A stretch of DNA of 57,655 nt, counting the filler, from Sluysia triapertura (taxonomy: Eukaryota): NCBI GenBank assembly GCA_046118255.1. It is 5 parts of 5 records of this genome, joined end to end, with 100 filler letters (N's around TTAATTAATTAA, not from the genome) between each part and the next. Parts side by side here need not be neighbours in the genome. Positions count along the whole stretch, not along the records: positions 46,861 to 57,655 come from JBJNIA010193371.1; 4 more parts are not named here. One strand, 5' to 3'. The notes under the pieces were generated by a model, which saw only the letters and a list, made by a program, of their open reading frames with translations, was not told where the DNA came from and made no database searches. Below are positions 51,812-57,655 of this stretch, piece by piece. Numbering within the stretch: the first letter of the stretch is position 1; the number at the start of each line of letters is the position of its first letter. The position numbers were made by a program, and so were the translations under genes.

Positions 51812-53670
51812 CTAAATATAAATTAAAAAATAATTTTTAATAAATAAGTCATTATTAATCTTAGTTTAAGTTGTACTAATTTATAACTGAAGTTTTTATT
51901 TAGTTATTTATTTAAAAAGTATTATTTTAATTAATTATTATTAATTCCATTGTTACTTTGATGGATTTCTTTAATTATACGATAATTAGGACAAGTGTTC
52001 ATTTGAATCTCGATTCCTAATCATATTGCTGGTGTTTTCTTTAATCTGTGACGTGAACATTTCACAACTTAAAACGTACAATACAAGTAGCTATAGCTAT
52101 ATAAACGATTATTTAAAGTAAATGCTATAATTATGCAATTGTAAAGTATGTTTAAAGTATGCCTTTCATAAATTTAATTTTACTATATTATTAAAATTTA
52201 GCTTTAACTTACATAATGCTAACATTCTTAATGGTCATAATTTGATAATAGCAAGCTCGAAGGATATGTTGAGATGGTCAGTACTCTATTTCTGTACTCT
52301 ATCGTATAATGTTTAAGCTAAACTATGTTTTTTTAATAATTCTTATTATTACATAAAATTTCGCTTATTTTCGACTTTTTTAAATTACGTTTTGTCAATT
52401 TTATCAGCATTATCAATCCAAAAGAATAGAAACATTATTCTCCAACAATAGTAACACATTAATGGTTACAATAATGACCATAATGATGACTTTCATTAAA
52501 GGCAACATTCACTTTTTCTTAGATGAGCCTATTATGATAGATTACAGCCAATGGAAAACGTGTGAACATCTACAATAAAAGTCTGACTATCGTTTTGTTG
52601 TATTTTTAATATTAGAAAAATATTTACATTGTTTTATATTTTTATTTATTTTTATATTAAAATAAAAAAAACAATTTAAGTATAAAATTGAATCGTCTAA
52701 ACTCTAAAAGTATTATATTTAATAGATAAACAGGTTTTATAAAATTTAATAACAAATCATATTATATAACTTAACTTTATTTTAAAAGTACTTTTAATTA
52801 CAAAACAATTCAAAAATTAATAATTTAGTTTTTATAAAATCAATGATTTTATTTAAAAAATTAAAAATATACACATATTTCTATTTAATTTTGTTTTGAA
52901 AGTTTCATTTTTATTATTTAAAATAATTTATAAACGAATACGATAATTTAATATTTTAGAACAAAATCATCTCATAATATAACTTTTCATTATTAAATAC
53001 GTAACTACTAATACATATACCTTATCATTCAGCAAATAATAATAACGACATATTATAAAGAGCCACTATAAACGTTAATTTGTTCAAGAGCTCTCCACAA
53101 TAATCGCTGTTTTCATTAATTTTTGTCGAAAATATACTTTTTTCCAAAATTTTAATTAAAACCTAAATCATCATCATCGTCACTTTAAATAATGTGTAAT
53201 CAGTCTTTTTTCATGGATTAGTATATTAAAATATAAATGCACAAAGCACCCAAAAAATCAGATCTATCATTATTCATTGTTATGTGCATTCATTATTTGT
53301 TATTCATTACCTATGTTATGTTATGCTGATAAAAATGATTTGAATATAACTATATTTTCAAAGTATTAATAAAAAAAATTCAATACAATTCTTACAACAT
53401 ATTTGATTTATCAATTTTTCGTCATACTCTACCCGATTAAAAATAGTACTCAATTACAATCTTAATTATCATGTATTCACTGACAGGCTAAGTTATCAAA
53501 GTTGTGCTATAAGAACTGAACAACATGTATGTTAAATCACGGTCTTATTTTGATGGAGTAATCGATAAAATTCACAACAAAGAAGTTTAAGGAAGAAAAT
53601 TTTAGTACATTGCCTAGTTAGAGTCGCTTGTTTTAACATACTTGATGAAATATCGCGGAATTTTAGCAGT

Positions 53671-53760
53671 CATTATCAGAAATGTGGAAAAGTAATATGT
53701 ATTAAGTGTTCGCAAAAACGATTTTATATACCTCTTCGTGTTTGTGATGCGTGTTATTTA
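53671..53760 (+). pseudogene. C-terminal half of a FYVE zinc finger
   Basis: HYQKCGKVICIKCSQKRFYIPLRVCDACY; the R(R/K)HHCR basic motif is degenerate and the first CxxC is absent. Confidence 0.75.
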
Positions 53761-55439
53761 AATTTACCGAGTCAAATAATGAATGAATTTTTTAATTTAA
53801 AAATCAACTGCAACACAAAAAAATTTCAGTTTAATGAATATATTTTGTTTAATACTTCGAAAACATTTTAGTTACTTGAATATCAGATCAATAATGCCTT
53901 TGAAACGTGATCAACTGAAACAAGAAACTAAACTTAAGAAGCATAAATAAATAAATTTGTAAATAATAAAATCTATATATTTTCATGTAAATAATCTGTA
54001 AAATAATAAAATTTTTTAATCTGTAGAATAATAAAAATTTCATAAATAATAATAGCTAAAAAATATCAAAAAATTATTTATTTTAACAATTAATAATCGA
54101 GGAAGTCATAACGGATATCTATTTTATATTTGTATCATAAACAATCTATTTTATATTTGTTAAGCGGATATTAGTAAATAATTATTTATTTTCGAAAAGG
54201 AAATTGATATTCATTTTAAAAAATTATCAATATTTATTAGTAAACATTTAAATTCAACGGAAATTAATATCCAAAGTTCCAAGAATATAAAAGGTATAAT
54301 CTAATAATTAAAAATATAACAAATTATAGAAAAAATTTTGGTAATATATTTTGCGAAGAAAAGTTCGTTGGATAATTTATTTGAGTCAAATACTTGATTA
54401 CTTGCCAAGTCACGATTAGAACATTTGATCATTCATCAAGTTACAAGCGTCAGTTAGACAATTCGCTCATACATCAAGTCATAGCGTCACGTGAAACATT
54501 GAATCATTTGTCAAGCGTTATCCGGCTCTTGGAACTAATTTGATATTGATTACGTAAGCTTCTATTATTTAAGTTTTTCGACCCTAATAAGCGGTCTCAA
54601 ACTCTCACTTAAAATCTTCATCAATTTTAGTGAAACCCAAAGATAACCTCTGGGTCAAAATCTGACTTAAATTATAAAAAAGTTTAAAATTTTATTTTTA
54701 TTATAATTGCTTTTTTTATCTGAATTCTGTTGTAATTATATGATATTTTGTTCATTTATAATAAAATTTCCAGTTTATATTGAGTTTTATTTTCATTTAT
54801 TAAAACAAAAGAAAATTACGATTAAAAATTATAAATTGATTAAGAATATAGAGAATTAGGAATATATTGTTAAGTAAAAATAACTGTTAATATCGCATAG
54901 ATAAAAGAGTTTCTTGACCTTCAGTTTTCTAAATCCTACGTAGACGTCCTTTCAGTTAAGATAAAACGTTTAGCGTAGGCGGACCCAATCTTCTAAGTTT
55001 TTTTATAATTGTTCGATTAAGAGATAAAACGAACAGAAGCTTATTTTCTTTTTTGGAAAATAAATGTTTTATAGTTGTTGAAAGGTTTTTAAATATTTTT
55101 AAAGTAATTTTTAAAATTTTTAATGATAGTTTAGATAATTTTAAAGAGTTGTGATGGCAACCTAACATTATTATTATTATTACTATCGTTATTAGTATCA
55201 TTGTTAATATTACTGTTATTATATTTAATTCATTTTCCTACGTGATCAATTTTTTATTTTTCTATTTCTGTTTTATAATTAACTCTTTACTTACTATTCT
55301 TTCGATAACGGGCATCTTTAATTCGTTTATTAAAACAGTGAATGAAGCAAACACATCGTATCTACTTATTTACAAAATTATAAACAAATGAAACATCAAC
55401 TAAAATAGCTTGAATGTGTTGTTTAGTACATAATGTCAA

Positions 55440-55560
55440 ACTTAACGAATACAACTAATCAAAATGATGTCAGAGACTTTTATTTAACACTATTTTAAAT
55501 GAAGCCATTTCTGATATCTCACGTATTCACAAGCAAAAACACTTTTGGAATATTTGTATA
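55440..55560 (+). pseudogene. Possible family A N-terminal motif remnant
   Basis: FNTILNEAISDI vs FNRELNAAFDDI. Confidence 0.3.
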
Positions 55561-56331
55561 AAGAAAAAATTTTAAATGTAATGCTGGTTATTTATGCATG
55601 TGTAAAATGTGAATAACATAAACAAAAATCATTAGTGAATTTAAAATAAATCATACAAATTATTTTGAAAGCTACAATTTCTTTGATATTCACAACTCAT
55701 TGTGGATATTTAAGAAATTTATTTATAAAATCGCATTAAATATCAAATATAATTTTTCCAAATGCCTGAATTTATGCCTGTTATTAAGCGAAGTGGTTAA
55801 AGAAACTAGTGCGTTTTGACAAAATATTAAAATGAAGGTTTGTGTACTGAAAGCAAAGTCTTTTTGATATCAGAAAATAACAAAAATTGTTTTAAATGGA
55901 ATGCGTAGAATTAGAATATAAACATATTGAATATTTAAATTTAGCTGGTCGAATAATGGTTCAGGTTTACATAAAGAAACTCAACTAAGATATTATAAAT
56001 GAAATCTACAAAATAACAAGAAATATATAAAATAATGATAAAAATTAATTATCATAATTTAAGTATTCAATAAATAAATTGGTATAGCTGTTTTGATTAA
56101 ATGCAAAAAAATGGTCTATAATGCAAAAGTATTCTTGTTGCATTAGACTCTGTCCTAAAGATTTAAGAAAGCTATCCAAAAAATAAAAAACTATAGGCTG
56201 ATATACAGTAAAAGTTTACATTAACAAAACGATAAATTAACAGTATATTAGATTAGTTTATAAATTTTATAAATATAGAGATCTGGTAAATCAAACAAAT
56301 CTGTTAATAATTATCAAAATAATTAATAAAC

Positions 56332-56978
56332 TTTTTAACATCAATTTCTTGATTTGCATTTTTCTCTAGATTTTGTTCCAAATTTTCAATACTAGATAAT
56401 ATCAAAGATGACATCTATTATATGATAAAATTAAATATTAAATACTTTTTTAAGTTTTCCGGAGGTAAATGTTGGTGTAACAAGAGCCCTAACTCTTTCC
56501 CAATCTTTACCTTTCAATCTCAAAAGATTCTTAGATAAAACTTTAGAACTACCTGTAACTGGCTGAACAAAATATATAAAAAAATAATTAAATTCTACCG
56601 GTCTATCAATAAACGATTTAGCTTCTTTTACCATAATTTGTTTCAATAAAGCATCATCTGATATTATCCATATACTATTAGGTCCAAAATAAGTACTACA
56701 TTTTGATATATTAAAAGACATATTACTTACGGATAAATGTGACCATATTTTTCTCTATTTTCAACGTCAATTGTATGGAACCCTTTTTTAAAATCCAACA
56801 AATTTCCTAATATTGGTAGTGATTTAGGACCTTTAAAACCATAATTTGTTTCTAAATCTCGATTAGGAGAAAAATAACTATAGTTTATAATTTAAAGTTT
56901 TAAAAATTCTTACCTATAAAAAAGATACATCACCCATCCAAAAATAAAATAGGTAATATAATATAAATATTCTAACAT
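56332..56978 (-). CDS. Cytochrome P450, clan 3 (CYP3A-like), first five exons only
   Basis: Membrane anchor, GPKSLPILGN, KYG, FIDRP, KGKDWERVRALVTPTFTSGKLK (WxxxR); introns of 36, 35, 36 and 31 nt; no heme-binding exon seen downstream. Confidence 0.92.
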
Positions 56979-57578
56979 AATTCTTTGAATGCAATAATTA
57001 AGGCGTTTAAAACTTATTTAAGTATTTTAAAATTGACCTTTGTTTATTGAGCATGATTATCATCATAATAATGTATGCATTCTAATTCAAAATAACCACG
57101 TTTTAGAGAATAGACTAAACTAATACCCGTTATACTTGTTTTTAATAGATGTTTCAAATTTCATGCATTAAGAAAGTAACTACAACAAAACATATGTAAT
57201 TAAAATTGTCATAAAATATTTATTTTAATATGTGCTTTAAACATTTAAATAAATGAATAATTTGTTCTAAAATAATTTTATTTATTTCTATAATAATTGT
57301 CATTAATTCTTTTAATTTTTATTATTATTTTATAATTTCCGAAATTTTCACTATTATTATTAATTCAATTTTCATTATTAAATTGATTTTAGATCCATAC
57401 CTTATATATTAATTATTAATATCACTATCAATGTAAAGTGCTTAATGCTTTCTTGATATTATATTGATATTTTAGTAGCTTAGTGAGGAGCCAAGTTTTG
57501 AGCTATCTGATTGGCTGATTGTATTATATTTGGTTTTAGCTAAATCGAGAATATTATTATATTAAAGTTTGATTACAT

Positions 57579-57650
57579 CAGTGGTGTCAAACCTTTTTGC
57601 TTTACGGGCCGCATGATTTGCCTCTGCGGGCCGCCACTTTGACACCACTG
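57579..57650. mobile_element. 72-bp hAT-type MITE
   Basis: 13-bp perfect TIR CAGTGGTGTCAAA / TTTGACACCACTG and internal CGGGCCGC twice; TSD not confirmed (window ends, visible flanks differ). Confidence 0.85.
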
Positions 57651-57655
57651 ATATA

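Noticed and set aside
53020-53162. Additional cadherin exon (SIFSTKINEN)
   Set aside because: Only a faint motif, and the frame ends in stops before the donor site

Overview
This is not prokaryotic DNA. It is very AT-rich animal (metazoan) genomic sequence made of five unrelated contigs (1-10983, 11084-22115, 22216-33050, 33151-46760, 46861-57655) joined by artificial N-TTAATTAATTAA-N linkers. Recognisable host genes mostly have very short GT-AG introns (about 29-54 nt). They are an N-terminal alpha-catenin, a head-to-head C-type lectin + 3 sushi/CCP gene, the 5' part of a clan-3 cytochrome P450, a cadherin-repeat exon, half a FYVE finger and a LicD-family pseudogene. The rest is decayed mobile DNA: hAT (Buster/GTF2IRD2-like) transposase pieces and MITEs, a pogo/Tigger element, a piggyBac end and gag-like LTR-retrotransposon remnants. 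Two things stand out. (1) A miniature LTR retroelement (TRIM) whose ~160-bp LTR carries a tRNA-like Pol III unit. One LTR-PBS-internal-LTR copy can be reconstructed once a nested pogo insertion is removed. There are also two solo LTRs with 4-bp target duplications and one copy apparently inserted into the tRNA part of another. (2) Several intronless, multi-copy, highly diverged orphan protein families recur across the contigs, one carrying an Unkempt-type CCCH zinc finger. All homologies were judged by eye, and no database searches were run.
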